From Actinomycetota bacterium (lineage in GTDB: Bacteria > Actinomycetota > AC-67), in the NCBI GenBank assembly GCA_046713235.1, contig JBKKBZ010000125.1, positions 6,573 through 70,572 on the forward strand: DNA of 64,000 nt. The letters are read 5' to 3'. Position 1 is the stretch's first letter; the number at the start of each line of letters is the position of its first letter. Positions 19,493 through 29,607 of this stretch are shown piece after piece. Position numbers and translations under genes: made by a program. The notes beneath the pieces are model-generated. The model did no database searches. It saw only the letters and a list, made by a program, of their open reading frames with translations, and was not told where the DNA came from.

Positions 19493-19512
19493 GAATCACA
19501 GCGGTGTGATTC
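19493..19512. promoter_or_regulatory. Perfect palindrome GAATCACA-gcgg-TGTGATTC (candidate operator) overlapping the predicted dnaE promoter
   Basis: 8-bp inverted repeat arms with a 4-bp spacer. It lies immediately downstream of a TTGCCC-N17-TATAAG promoter-like element (19465-19493) and 48 nt upstream of the dnaE GTG. An additional TGTGATTCC half-site sits at 19415-19423 near the divergent nuclease gene. Confidence 0.45.
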
Positions 19513-19560
19513 CGCCTGCCTTCCCCTTTTTCGAGCGGCCGGCCGGGAGGCGTCTGCGCA

Positions 19561-22500
19561 GTGAACAGCTTCGTGCATCTGCACAACCATTCGGAGTATT
19601 CCCTGCTGGATGGGGCGGCCCGGATCGACGAGCTCTTCGCCGAGGCCGCCAGGATGGACATGCCGGCACTGGCGCTGACCGACCACGGCGTGATGTACGG
19701 GGCCGTCGACTTCTATAGGGCAGGGAAACGGCACGGCGTCAAGCCCATCCTCGGAGCCGAGTTCTACGTTGCGACCCGGAGCCGCTTCCAGAAGGAGGCC
19801 CGGGAGAAGGACTCCAATCATCACCTTACGATCGTCGCCGAGAACCAGCAGGGCTACGAGAACCTGCTCCTTCTGGTGACGGCGGGGTGGCTGGAGGGCT
19901 ATTACTACCGCCCGCGCGTCGACCGAGAAATCCTGGCCGAGCTTGCCGGCGGGCTCATCGCGACGAGCGGCTGCCTCGGTGGCGAGATCTGCACGGCGCT
20001 TTCCCAGGGGCGCGTGGGGGACGCGGAAGCGGCCGCCGGGAGCTACCGAGACATTTTCGGCCCCGATGGGTTCTTCATCGAGCTTCAGGACCACGGCTTG
20101 CCGGAACAGCGCAAGGTAAATCCCATGCTCCTCGAGCTTGCGAAAAAGCTTGGACTGCGAACGGTGGCCACGAACGACCTCCACTACACGAAGCGGGAAG
20201 ACGCGGCAGCCCACGACGTCCTGTTGTGCCTTCAAACCGGCAAGACGATGAACGATCCCGGGCGCTTCAAGTTCGACGCTGAGGAGTTCTATCTCAAGAG
20301 CCCGCAAGAGATGCGGGAGCTCTTTGCAGAAGTCCCGTCGGCATGCGACGTTACGCTGGAGATCGCCGAGCGATGCAACGTGGAGCTGGAATTCGGAAAC
20401 CTTCATTTGCCGCCCTTCACTCCGCCGACCGGCGAAACGCAAGAAGCGTATTTGCGTCGTCTCGTGGACCAGGGGGCGCATGACCGCTATGGAGATCCGT
20501 TCGCTCCGGAGGTGCGTGAGCGCATCGAGCACGAGCTGTCGATCATCCTTCCCATGGGATTCGCCGGCTATTTCTTGATCGTGGCCGACCTCATCGCGTT
20601 TGCGAGGAGCAAAGGGATTCGCGTCGGCCCGGGCCGGGGAAGTGCAGCCGGCTCAGTCGTTTCCTATTGCTTGCGAATCACCGATCTCGATCCGCTGAAG
20701 TACGGACTCATCTTTGAAAGATTTCTCAACCCCGAGCGTCGCCAGATGCCCGACATCGACATGGATTTCGATGAGCGGCGCCGGAGCGAGGTGATCCGGT
20801 ACGTCACCGACAAGTACGGCGAGGATCGCGTCGCACAGATCGTCACCTTTGCCACCATCAAGGGGAAGCAGGCCATCCGCGACGCAGCTCGCGTCCTGGA
20901 CCTCCCCTACGGAGTCGGGGACCGGTTGGCCAAGATGTACCCGCCTTCGATCCTCGGCAAGGACGCTCCGCTGGCGGCTTGTTTCGATCGTGGCGTGGGC
21001 TGGCCGGACCCCGGTCGCAACGACGCCTTTCCGAATTCCTCGGATCTCCGCAAGTCGTATGAGGAGGACGAGATCAGCCGGCGCGTGATCGACATAGCGC
21101 GCTCTCTGGAAGGCCTGCGCCGCCAGTATTCCGTCCATGCCGCAGGCGTTGTCATCGGCTCTGAACCGCTCGCGCGTTTTACACCGCTCCAGCGCACCGA
21201 CGACGATCAGGGCGGCATCGTCACGCAATACGAGATGCACGCGGTGGAGGATCTCGGTCTGCTGAAGATGGACTTCCTCGGTCTCCGCAATCTAACGGTG
21301 ATCGAGGACACGCTCGCCAACCTCCGGCGGACGAAAGGCATCGAGCTCGACATCGACAATCCACCCCTCGACGACAGAACCACCTATGCAATGCTGTCGG
21401 CGGGGGACACGATGGCCGTTTTCCAACTCGAGTCCCCCGGGATGCGGGAGCTGTGCAAGCGCCTTCGACCCGACCGTTTCGAGGACGTCATGGCTCTCGT
21501 AGCCCTCTACCGACCGGGACCGCTCGGCGAGAAAATGCATATCGAGTACGCAGATCGCAAGCACGGAGTGAAGCGTGTTGACTACGCGCATCCCGATCTA
21601 AAGCCGATCCTCGATCGGACGTACGGGATCATTTGCTACCAGGAGCAGTGCCTGGAGATCGCGGTTCGGATGGCCGGCTACACGATGGGCGAAGCCGACA
21701 CCCTCCGAAAGGGGATCGGCAAGAAGATTCCGGAAGTCATGCGCGCACAGCGCGAGAAGTTCGTCGAGGGGTGCGTCGAAAAAGCGTATTCGCGTGAGCT
21801 CGGCCAGAAGCTCTGGGAGATGATCGAACACTTTGCCGGCTACGGATTCAACGCTTCGCACGCGTGCGGATACGGATTCATCGCCTATCAAACCGCCTAT
21901 CTAAAGGCCCATCACCCGGTCGAGTACATGGCGGCGCTGCTCACCAGCGTTCGAGACAAGCAGGACCGTGCAGCGCTTTATCTCGCCGAGTGCCGGACGT
22001 TGGGAATCACCGTCAATCCTCCGGATGTGAATCGCTCCGACGCCGACTTCACGCCGACTCGTGAGGGCGAGATCAGGTTCGGCTTGGCGGCAATACGGAA
22101 CGTGGGATCAAACGTCGTCCAGGCGATCGTGCGCGCACGCGCCGACCGGCCCTTTACGTCCTTCACCGACTTCGCTCATCGCGTCGACCCCGTCGTCCTG
22201 AATCGACGGGTGGTGGAGGCGCTGGCGAAGTCCGGCGCCTTCGATTCTCTAGGGGTAACGCGATCCCAACTGCTTGCGGTGAGTCCGGACAAGGGTGTGG
22301 TCCTGCGCGATTCGGTAGCTCGCACCATCGATGCGACAATCGCGCAGCGAAAGAACGAAGAGGCGGGGCAGTTCTCGCTCTTCGGAGGAGAGCAATCGCA
22401 GCAGATGGCCGAGTTGCCGGCGGCCGATCAGGAGCTTCCCCAAAGTGTACGTCTGATCGCCGAGAAAGAGATGCTCGGGCTCTATGTTTCCGATCATCCG

Positions 22501-23070
22501 CTGCTCGGGGTCGAGGCGGCGCTGCGAGCGTCCACCGATCTGCGCATCGCCGATGCTCCCGCCGTCGCTCCGGGGGTCACGAAAACGGCCGCGGGAATCA
22601 TCAGCGGCCTCCTTCGCCGATTCACCAAGAAAGGCGACGCCATGGCCACGTTCGTCCTCGAAGATCTCGAGGGTGCGATCGAGGTGGTCGTGTTTCCCTC
22701 GGTTTACGCAAAGGTGCAGGAGGTTTTGGCGAACGACGCGATCGTATGCGTGAAGGGCAAGGTTGAAGTGCGCGGTGAAGGGGATCCGCCGAAGATCATG
22801 GCACAGGAGGTGTGGGTCCCCGATTTCGAGGGGGGTAGCGACCCCCTCATCCTCAAGGTTGAGGCCGGCACGTGCACGCCCGGCCTCGTCGACCGGCTCA
22901 AGGATGTCCTCACGTCTCATCCCGGCCCGACCCAGGTGCATGTTCACCTGCATAGCGAGGCGGGAGTAAAGGTTCTTCGCCTCCCCGGGCAGTTCGGCGT
23001 CGAGCGACGCAACGGCCTCTACGGGGAGTTGAAATCCTTGCTCGGCTCCGGGGCGACGATAGAGCGGTAG
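19561..23070 (+). CDS. dnaE: DNA polymerase III alpha subunit DnaE (PHP + Pol IIIalpha + OB)
   Basis: GTG start. N-terminal PHP domain (HLHNHSEYSLLDGA), polymerase core and fingers. 1169 aa. Confidence 0.95.
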   Translation: MNSFVHLHNHSEYSLLDGAARIDELFAEAARMDMPALALTDHGVMYGAVDFYRAGKRHGVKPILGAEFYVATRSRFQKEAREKDSNHHLTIVAENQQGYENLLLLVTAGWLEGYYYRPRVDREILAELAGGLIATSGCLGGEICTALSQGRVGDAEAAAGSYRDIFGPDGFFIELQDHGLPEQRKVNPMLLELAKKLGLRTVATNDLHYTKREDAAAHDVLLCLQTGKTMNDPGRFKFDAEEFYLKSPQEMRELFAEVPSACDVTLEIAERCNVELEFGNLHLPPFTPPTGETQEAYLRRLVDQGAHDRYGDPFAPEVRERIEHELSIILPMGFAGYFLIVADLIAFARSKGIRVGPGRGSAAGSVVSYCLRITDLDPLKYGLIFERFLNPERRQMPDIDMDFDERRRSEVIRYVTDKYGEDRVAQIVTFATIKGKQAIRDAARVLDLPYGVGDRLAKMYPPSILGKDAPLAACFDRGVGWPDPGRNDAFPNSSDLRKSYEEDEISRRVIDIARSLEGLRRQYSVHAAGVVIGSEPLARFTPLQRTDDDQGGIVTQYEMHAVEDLGLLKMDFLGLRNLTVIEDTLANLRRTKGIELDIDNPPLDDRTTYAMLSAGDTMAVFQLESPGMRELCKRLRPDRFEDVMALVALYRPGPLGEKMHIEYADRKHGVKRVDYAHPDLKPILDRTYGIICYQEQCLEIAVRMAGYTMGEADTLRKGIGKKIPEVMRAQREKFVEGCVEKAYSRELGQKLWEMIEHFAGYGFNASHACGYGFIAYQTAYLKAHHPVEYMAALLTSVRDKQDRAALYLAECRTLGITVNPPDVNRSDADFTPTREGEIRFGLAAIRNVGSNVVQAIVRARADRPFTSFTDFAHRVDPVVLNRRVVEALAKSGAFDSLGVTRSQLLAVSPDKGVVLRDSVARTIDATIAQRKNEEAGQFSLFGGEQSQQMAELPAADQELPQSVRLIAEKEMLGLYVSDHPLLGVEAALRASTDLRIADAPAVAPGVTKTAAGIISGLLRRFTKKGDAMATFVLEDLEGAIEVVVFPSVYAKVQEVLANDAIVCVKGKVEVRGEGDPPKIMAQEVWVPDFEGGSDPLILKVEAGTCTPGLVDRLKDVLTSHPGPTQVHVHLHSEAGVKVLRLPGQFGVERRNGLYGELKSLLGSGATIER

Positions 23071-23115
23071 GCTAGGCGTGGTTGTGAGCCGACGGTTTCG
23101 GCCGGGGAGGTCCGG

Positions 23116-23646
23116 TTGGACGATCAACGTGAGGTCTTTCGGGAGCGAGTAGCGCGGCTGACACCACAGGAGTGGCGGGTTCTCGCTCTTGTGATCGAGG
23201 GACACTCGACGCAGTCTGCGTGTGAGTCCATCGGTATCGCGCCGGGCACCTTCGAGAGCCACAAGCAGGCGATCCGCCGCAAGCTCGGCGTCCCCCGCGG
23301 CCGCCGCCTCGAGCCCTATCTCAAGGAGTTCGCCGGCGACCTGCCGATCAAGACTGTACCTCGACCGGGGGAGGCGGTCGCGACCACGGCGCCCACCGGC
23401 GAAGACTTTTCCGACCGCCGCATTCGGTGGCTGCTTCGTGTCACAATTGATGAGGTGACCGAAGTCGCCCGCAACGCCGAGATGCGCGCTCAGATCCTGG
23501 GCCAGACGGTCCGCCGGATTCCATCGGCCGACGTCGCCGAGGCCGACCGTGAGGTCGAAGACCTTCAGTTTCTCGCCGGCGAGCTTCGGCTCACGGCAGA
23601 CCGCCTGCTGAAGACGATCCGCGAGCGCAACCTCCCCGGGACGTAA
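23116..23646 (+). CDS. Small LuxR/GerE-type HTH transcriptional regulator with uncharacterised C-terminal domain
   Basis: TTG start with the RBS GGGGAGG. The N-terminus LTPQEWRVLALVIEGHSTQSACESIGIAPGTFESHKQAIRRKLGV fits the LuxR-family HTH. The C-terminal ~100 aa are of unknown type. Confidence 0.6.
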   Translation: MDDQREVFRERVARLTPQEWRVLALVIEGHSTQSACESIGIAPGTFESHKQAIRRKLGVPRGRRLEPYLKEFAGDLPIKTVPRPGEAVATTAPTGEDFSDRRIRWLLRVTIDEVTEVARNAEMRAQILGQTVRRIPSADVAEADREVEDLQFLAGELRLTADRLLKTIRERNLPGT

Positions 23647-23693
23647 TCGAAACCCGGAACCCGCCCTCCAAGTCCGGCGCTAGAATCCCGCGG

Positions 23694-24980
23694 ATGCTGA
23701 CCCTTATCGACCTTCGCGGTTTTACGGGAGACCCCCTGGATCGTCTGCCGCGTCCCCGGCGCGCGCTCCGGGAGGAGCGTGAGGCTGTGCAATCGATTGT
23801 TTCAGAGGTGCGCGAAGGAGGTGACGCGGCCGTCCGCAGGCTGACGGAGAAGTTCGACGGAGTTTCCCTACGAGATCTCCGCGTGCCGGAACGAATGCTC
23901 GAGAAGGCCTGGAACGCGTGCGACCCGCTGTTGCGCGAAGCGCTGTCGACCGCCATCGAGCGCATCGCCGCGTACCACCGCGCGCAGGCCGGGCAACGAC
24001 CGGAACCGTGGGCCATCGGGACGGAGCGTGCATCGGTCGGCGAGGACGTGCAGCCTCTCCTGCGAGTCGGTTGTTACGTGCCGGGAGGCCGCGCCGCGTA
24101 CCCATCGTCGGTGCTCATGACGACGATCCCGGCACAGGAAGCCGGCGTGGAGGAGATCGCACTGTGTGTACCTCCTGGTCCAGACGGGAAGCCCCATGCC
24201 ACAACGATGGCCGCGGCCTGGGGGGTGGGCATCAACGAGGTGTACGCCGTCGGAGGCGCGCAGGCGATCGCTGCCTTGGCCTACGGAACGGAGTCGGTGC
24301 GCCGTGTGGAGAAGATCGTGGGCCCGGGTTCCCTCTGGGTCACTCTCGCGAAGCACGAGGTTGCGATGGACGTCGGGGTTGATGGCTTTGCCGGGCCCAC
24401 CGAGATCGTCATCGTGGCGGCCGAAGATGCGAACCCGCTGTATGTCGCCGCCGATCTCATCGCCCAAGCGGAGCACGATCCTCTCGCGACTTGCATGCTG
24501 ATTACCTGGTCGCCCTCTCTCGTCGACGAGGTCAACAGCATTCTGGGGACGGAGGTTCCCGCGGCCTCCCGGCGCGAGACGATCGAAAGCGCGCTTCGCA
24601 ATCAGGGGTATGCGGTGCTCGTCGACGATCTCGAGCATGCAGCCGCCGCGGCCAATGCCTTCGCGCCCGAGCACCTCGAGCTGCTCGTCCCCGACGCAAG
24701 GCAGGCACTTCCGCAGCCGCCGAAGGCGGGCGCCGTGTTCTTCGGCGAGTACTCGCCGGTGGCACTCGGCGACTACTTGGCGGGGACCAACCACGTGTTG
24801 CCGACGGGGGGAACCGCGAGATTCGCCTCTCCACTGCGCGTTTCCGACTTCCTTCGGTGGACGGCGCTGGTTGTGTTTGAGCGAGACGGGCTTGCCGAGC
24901 TGGCACCGGCTCTCAGGGCGATCGCGCGTGAGGAGGGTCTGCCGGCCCACGCTCGCGCGGTGGATGTGCGGCTGACGTGA
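23694..24980 (+). CDS. hisD: Histidinol dehydrogenase HisD
   Basis: 428 aa carrying the HisD family signature regions, including the conserved AQAEHDP segment. First gene of the his block. Confidence 0.9.
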   Translation: MLTLIDLRGFTGDPLDRLPRPRRALREEREAVQSIVSEVREGGDAAVRRLTEKFDGVSLRDLRVPERMLEKAWNACDPLLREALSTAIERIAAYHRAQAGQRPEPWAIGTERASVGEDVQPLLRVGCYVPGGRAAYPSSVLMTTIPAQEAGVEEIALCVPPGPDGKPHATTMAAAWGVGINEVYAVGGAQAIAALAYGTESVRRVEKIVGPGSLWVTLAKHEVAMDVGVDGFAGPTEIVIVAAEDANPLYVAADLIAQAEHDPLATCMLITWSPSLVDEVNSILGTEVPAASRRETIESALRNQGYAVLVDDLEHAAAAANAFAPEHLELLVPDARQALPQPPKAGAVFFGEYSPVALGDYLAGTNHVLPTGGTARFASPLRVSDFLRWTALVVFERDGLAELAPALRAIAREEGLPAHARAVDVRLT

Positions 24981-26044
24981 CCAACCGACCGGTTGAGATT
25001 CGCGACGATCTCAAGTCGCTTCCTCCTTATCGCGCGCCGCAAGCGGACGCCCCGGTGCGTCTCAACACCAACGAGAGCCCGTGGGCACCTCCGGACGGGG
25101 TTGTCGGCGAGTTGCGCGAACGGTTGCTGAGCTTGCCGCTGAACCGGTACCCGGATCGGGACGCCACAGCATTGCGCACGGCCATCGGCGCACGTCATTC
25201 GTGGCCGGCGGCGGGGGTTTGGGCGGCCAACGGATCGAATGAGGTTATCCAAACCCTTCTCCTGGCATTTGGAGGCCCCGGTCGCAAGATCCTCGTGTTC
25301 GAGCCCACCTACGCGATGCATGCGCACATCGCGCACGTGACCGGCACCGAGGTCGCGGCAACCGATCTGCCTGAACCCTGGGTGCTCGATCCTCAGGTCG
25401 TGGCCGAGGAGGTCGTCCGGGTAGATCCCGCGGTGACGTTCGTGTGTTCGCCGAACAATCCCACCGGGAACGCGCAGCCGGTCGAGGCGGTTACGGCAGC
25501 GCTCGACGCCGGACGGGGTCTCGTGTGCGTCGACGAGGCCTACGGTGAGTTCGGGGCCTCCTCGGCGGCTGTGGTGCTCGGCCGCGCCGAGCGCCTGGCC
25601 GTGGTTCGATCCTTTTCCAAATCCTGGAGGCTCGCCGGCGCACGCCTCGGCTACCTGCTCGCTCATCCGTGGCTGGTCGAAGCACTGCAGGTTGTTCGGC
25701 TCCCTTATCACTTGTCGGCGCTGACGCAGACGGCCGGTGAGGTGGCGCTGCGTCATGCTTCGGCGACTCTGGTGGCGATCGAGGAGATCGTTGCAGAGCG
25801 CGATCGCCTAACGAAGGAGTTGGAGCGCGTCCCGGGTATTCAGGTGTTTCCCTCTGCCGCCAACTTCCTGCTCTTTCGCACCGACCGCAACGGAACGGCG
25901 TTGTGGCGAGATCTCGCAGAGCGAGGAGTGCTGGTTCGGGACTTCTCCGACCGTCTGCCCGGCTGTCTGCGCGTGACGGTAGGAAGCGCCGATCAGAACG
26001 CGACGTTCGTTGAGACCCTGAGGAGGATTCTGGGTGCCGGCTAA
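24977..26044 (+). CDS. hisC: Histidinol-phosphate aminotransferase HisC
   Basis: Class II aminotransferase with a PLP-lysine region (SFSKSWRLAGARLGY). Start overlaps the hisD stop. Confidence 0.88.
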   Translation: MTNRPVEIRDDLKSLPPYRAPQADAPVRLNTNESPWAPPDGVVGELRERLLSLPLNRYPDRDATALRTAIGARHSWPAAGVWAANGSNEVIQTLLLAFGGPGRKILVFEPTYAMHAHIAHVTGTEVAATDLPEPWVLDPQVVAEEVVRVDPAVTFVCSPNNPTGNAQPVEAVTAALDAGRGLVCVDEAYGEFGASSAAVVLGRAERLAVVRSFSKSWRLAGARLGYLLAHPWLVEALQVVRLPYHLSALTQTAGEVALRHASATLVAIEEIVAERDRLTKELERVPGIQVFPSAANFLLFRTDRNGTALWRDLAERGVLVRDFSDRLPGCLRVTVGSADQNATFVETLRRILGAG

Positions 26045-26738
26045 GAAGAAGGCGACCAAAAGGAGCTATGCAAGAAAAGGCCCGGCAAAGAGCAAGCCGG
26101 GTAAGAAGATTGCGTCAAAGACCGCGGTGGTTCCGCGTCGCTCGAAGCCGCCCGGTTCCCGGAGTGCCAGCGTGCGAAGGAAGACGACCGAGGTTGAGGT
26201 GTCGGTCACGCTCTCGCTCGACGGCAACGGGGTGGCGAAAGTCGACACCGGGATTCCGTTCTTCAATCACATGGTGGAACAGCTCGGAAAGCACGGTGGT
26301 TTCGACCTGGACGTGCGGGCTCGGGGCGACCTGGAGGTGGACGCCCACCACACAGTGGAGGACACGGGTCTTGCGGTCGGCGAGGCCTTCGCGGAGGCTC
26401 TAGGCGACAAGGCCGGCATTCGCCGGTTCGGCTGGGCCCTCGTGCCGCTGGACGAGGCGCTGGTGCAAGTGGCGCTCGATCTCTCGGCGCGTCCCTATCT
26501 CGACCACGACGCCGACACGATGGCTCGAACGATCGGGGCGTACGACACGCGACTTACGGAGGAGTTCGTTCGAGCCTTTTGCCAGGCGGCGGGGGCCACG
26601 ATTCACGTCCGCCTGCTCTCCGGGAGCAACCCTCACCACATCGTCGAGGCCGAATTCAAGGCGCTCGGACGAGCTCTCGGTGACGCAGCAGGGTCTGGAG
26701 GGCCCCGTGGAATTCCGTCCACCAAGGGCCGGCTGTGA
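26034..26738 (+). CDS. hisB: Imidazoleglycerol-phosphate dehydratase HisB with ~45-aa lysine/arginine-rich N-terminal extension
   Basis: The IGPD core begins at RRKTTEVEVSVTLSLDG...HH motifs. A GTG at 26034 is preceded by a strong RBS GAGGAGG (26017-26024) and overlaps the hisC stop, which supports the extended N-terminus MPAKKKATKRSYARKGPAKSKPGKK... Confidence 0.8.
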   Translation: MPAKKKATKRSYARKGPAKSKPGKKIASKTAVVPRRSKPPGSRSASVRRKTTEVEVSVTLSLDGNGVAKVDTGIPFFNHMVEQLGKHGGFDLDVRARGDLEVDAHHTVEDTGLAVGEAFAEALGDKAGIRRFGWALVPLDEALVQVALDLSARPYLDHDADTMARTIGAYDTRLTEEFVRAFCQAAGATIHVRLLSGSNPHHIVEAEFKALGRALGDAAGSGGPRGIPSTKGRL

Positions 26739-26763
26739 TGCGTCGCCGGATCGGGCGATTGAC

Positions 26764-27369
26764 GTGACCCGGATCGCGCTCCTCGATTACGGCATGGGCA
26801 ACTTGCGCAGCGTGGCAAAGGCGCTGGAGCGCGTCGGGGCTGAAGTCGATCTCGTCACGACGGTAGGAGGCGTCGCCGCGGACGGACTCGTCGTTCCGGG
26901 CCAGGGGGCGTTCGGAGCATGCCGGATCGGGCTCGACAACGCGGGCAGCGTGGCGCCTCTCCGCTCCTGGATCGAGGCCGGGCGGCCGTACCTCGGAATC
27001 TGCCTGGGGTTGCAGATTCTGTACGACCGTAGCGAGGAGTCTTCCCAGCAGGGGCTCGGCCTTTTCCGGGGAAACGTCGTGAGAATTCGCGGCGACGTGA
27101 AGGTGCCGCACATCGGGTGGAACCAGGTGCGATTCCGTCCCGGAATCAGTGTCTTCGAGGGGCTCCCCGACGGTACGTATTTTTACTTCGACCACTCCTA
27201 CGTGCCCGAGGAGGGTGGGGAGTCGGCGGCATGGACGGAACACGGGCGGGAGATCTGCTGTGGGATCGCACGCGATGCCCTCGTGGCCGTGCAGTTTCAC
27301 CCGGAGAAGTCCGGGGACGCGGGTCTGAACCTGCTCTCGAACTTCGTCAAGGAGTGTGCGGTCGCATGA
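26764..27369 (+). CDS. hisH: Imidazole glycerol phosphate synthase glutaminase subunit HisH
   Basis: A GTG at 26764 gives the N-terminus (M)TRIALLDYGMGNLRSV typical of HisH. A class I GATase catalytic triad region is present. The ORF-track start at 26680 overlaps hisB. Confidence 0.85.
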   Translation: MTRIALLDYGMGNLRSVAKALERVGAEVDLVTTVGGVAADGLVVPGQGAFGACRIGLDNAGSVAPLRSWIEAGRPYLGICLGLQILYDRSEESSQQGLGLFRGNVVRIRGDVKVPHIGWNQVRFRPGISVFEGLPDGTYFYFDHSYVPEEGGESAAWTEHGREICCGIARDALVAVQFHPEKSGDAGLNLLSNFVKECAVA

Positions 27370-28085
27370 TCCTTGTGCCCGCAGTCGACATCCGCGGTGG
27401 TGCATGCGTGCGGCTGGCGCAGGGGGACTTCGATCGCGAGACCGTCTATGACGCGGACCCCATCGCCGTCGCCCAACGCTTCGCCGAGGCGGGAGCCGAA
27501 TGGCTCCACGTTGTCGACCTCGATGCCGCACTCGAGGGAGTGCCGCGCAACCGCGACATCGTCGCCCGGGTCATTGCTGCCGTCGGGATTCCCGTTCAGG
27601 CCTCGGGAGGAATCCGGGACCTGGCTGCAGTCGAATCGCTGCTGCGAGCGGGAGCGTCGCGGGTCGTGCTCGGCACTGCGGCACTGCGGGATCTCGATCT
27701 CGCCTCGCAAGCGGTGGACATACACGGGGACGCGATCGCGATCGGGCTCGACGTACGTGGGGAGCGGCTGCAGGCTCGGGGATGGACCGAGGACGCCGGG
27801 AATCTCTGGGAAACGCTGGACCGGCTGTCGGCCGCGGGTGTCCGACGCTTCGTCGTCACCGACGTCGAGCGCGACGGCATGCTCCGCGGGCCGAACACGC
27901 AATTGCTGCGAGCAGTGATCGCGCGCACTTCGGCTTCCGTTCTCGCGAGCGGGGGTGTAGCGAGCCTGGAAGATTTGAGTGCGGTCGCGGCAACAGGCGC
28001 GGAGGGAGTCGTGGTCGGTCGCGCGATCTACACCGGAGCGTTCCGGCTGGAGGATGCGATCGAGGCATCGCGGGACGGACGCTGA
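27366..28085 (+). CDS. hisA: 1-(5-phosphoribosyl)-5-[(5-phosphoribosylamino)methylideneamino]imidazole-4-carboxamide isomerase HisA (likely PriA-type)
   Basis: An ATG at 27366 overlaps the hisH stop as ATGA. The N-terminus [17 protein letters not shown] is typical of HisA/PriA. Confidence 0.85.
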   Translation: MILVPAVDIRGGACVRLAQGDFDRETVYDADPIAVAQRFAEAGAEWLHVVDLDAALEGVPRNRDIVARVIAAVGIPVQASGGIRDLAAVESLLRAGASRVVLGTAALRDLDLASQAVDIHGDAIAIGLDVRGERLQARGWTEDAGNLWETLDRLSAAGVRRFVVTDVERDGMLRGPNTQLLRAVIARTSASVLASGGVASLEDLSAVAATGAEGVVVGRAIYTGAFRLEDAIEASRDGR

Positions 28086-28843
28086 TGCTCGCACGGCGAA
28101 TCGTTCCTTGCCTCGATGTCGATGCGGGCAAAGTCGTGAAAGGCATCAGGTTCGTCGAGCTTCGTCACGCGGGGGATCCCGTGGAGATGGCCGCCGTCTA
28201 CGACCGCGAGGGGGCGGATGAGATCGTCTTTCTCGACATCGCCGCGTCGGCGGAGGGACGCAACACGATGATGGACGTGGTCTCCCGGACGGCCGAGGAG
28301 GTGTTCATTCCAATGACGGTCGGTGGAGGCGTTCGCACCCCGGACGACGTTAGAAAACTGCTGCGTGCCGGGGCCGACAAGGTTTCGCTGAACACCGCGG
28401 CGGTGCGAGATCCGGAGATGCTCCGGCGCACGGCCGACCGTTTCGGATCCCAATGTGTCGTCGTGGCTATTGATGCACGGCGGTGCAACGGTGGGTGGGA
28501 GGTGGTCGTCGAGGGCGGCCGAATCCCGACGGGACTCGATGCGCTGAGCTGGGCGGTGCATGCGACGGGAGATCTCGGCGCAGGAGAGATCCTCCTCACC
28601 AGCATGGACCGGGACGGCACGAAGGACGGCTACGATCTAGAATTGACCCGGGCCGTGGCGAGCGCCGTCGGCGTTCCGGTCATTGCGAGCGGGGGCGCCG
28701 GGACCAAGCAACACTTTGCCGAGGCGCTCACCACCGGGGAGGCCGACGCGGCCCTTGCCGCGAGCGTGTTTCATTTCGGCGAGATTCGCATTTCCGAAGT
28801 AAAGAGCCATTGCGCGGCCGAGGGGGTGCCGGTTCGGCTATGA
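28085..28843 (+). CDS. hisF: Imidazole glycerol phosphate synthase cyclase subunit HisF
   Basis: An ATG at 28085 overlaps the hisA stop as TGATG. The N-terminus [20 protein letters not shown] is canonical HisF. Confidence 0.9.
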   Translation: MLARRIVPCLDVDAGKVVKGIRFVELRHAGDPVEMAAVYDREGADEIVFLDIAASAEGRNTMMDVVSRTAEEVFIPMTVGGGVRTPDDVRKLLRAGADKVSLNTAAVRDPEMLRRTADRFGSQCVVVAIDARRCNGGWEVVVEGGRIPTGLDALSWAVHATGDLGAGEILLTSMDRDGTKDGYDLELTRAVASAVGVPVIASGGAGTKQHFAEALTTGEADAALAASVFHFGEIRISEVKSHCAAEGVPVRL

Positions 28844-29607
28844 CCCTCGACCCCTATCTTGCGTTCGTCGGCTTCTATAACGACTGGTCGGCACAGATGG
28901 AGGGCGACGTCGATTTCTACGTCCGCCGCGCGAGAGAAGCGGCGCCCGGACCGATCGTCGAGCTGGGTGTCGGGACCGGCCGCATCGCCATCCCGATTGC
29001 GCAGGCCGGGATCGATGTGCTCGGGGTGGACGTTTCCGAGCCGATGATGACCGAGGGCCGTCGGCGCGCGGATGCAGCCGGTGTCGGCGACGGCATCCGC
29101 TTCGTGCCGGGGGACATGCGGGATTTCGTGAGCGATCCGCCGGTTTCCCTGGTGACCATCCCGTTCCGATCCTTTCTCCACCTCACGACAACGGAGGATC
29201 AGCTTCGTACACTCGAAAGCATCCGCGAGTCGCTGGTTCGAGATGGACGGATCGTGTTGAACGTCTTCATCCCGGATCCACACGTGATTTCCGCTCAGAA
29301 CGGGCGCCGCAACTTTCTCAGCGAGTTCATCGACGAGAAGGGCCGCCGTTGCGAGTTGTACTCGCTCCCGGTGTACGAAACCGCGACGCAGCGCATCCAT
29401 ATGCAGGCGATCTGCGAGGCGTACGATGGCGACCGGCACGTGGAGAGCGCGGAGGCCGCCCTCGAGCTTCGCATGGTCTACCGGTTCGAGATGGAACACC
29501 TGCTTGTGCGAGCCGGGTTCGAGGTCGAAGCGCTTTACGGCTGGTTCGACGAGCGGCCGGTCACGGAGGAGTCGCGTGAGATGATCTGGGTAGCGAGGAA
29601 GACGTGA
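28840..29607 (+). CDS. Class I SAM-dependent methyltransferase embedded in his operon
   Basis: An ATG at 28840 overlaps the hisF stop as ATGA. SAM-binding motif I ([15 protein letters not shown]) and motif post-I ([11 protein letters not shown]) are present. Confidence 0.7.
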   Translation: MTLDPYLAFVGFYNDWSAQMEGDVDFYVRRAREAAPGPIVELGVGTGRIAIPIAQAGIDVLGVDVSEPMMTEGRRRADAAGVGDGIRFVPGDMRDFVSDPPVSLVTIPFRSFLHLTTTEDQLRTLESIRESLVRDGRIVLNVFIPDPHVISAQNGRRNFLSEFIDEKGRRCELYSLPVYETATQRIHMQAICEAYDGDRHVESAEAALELRMVYRFEMEHLLVRAGFEVEALYGWFDERPVTEESREMIWVARKT

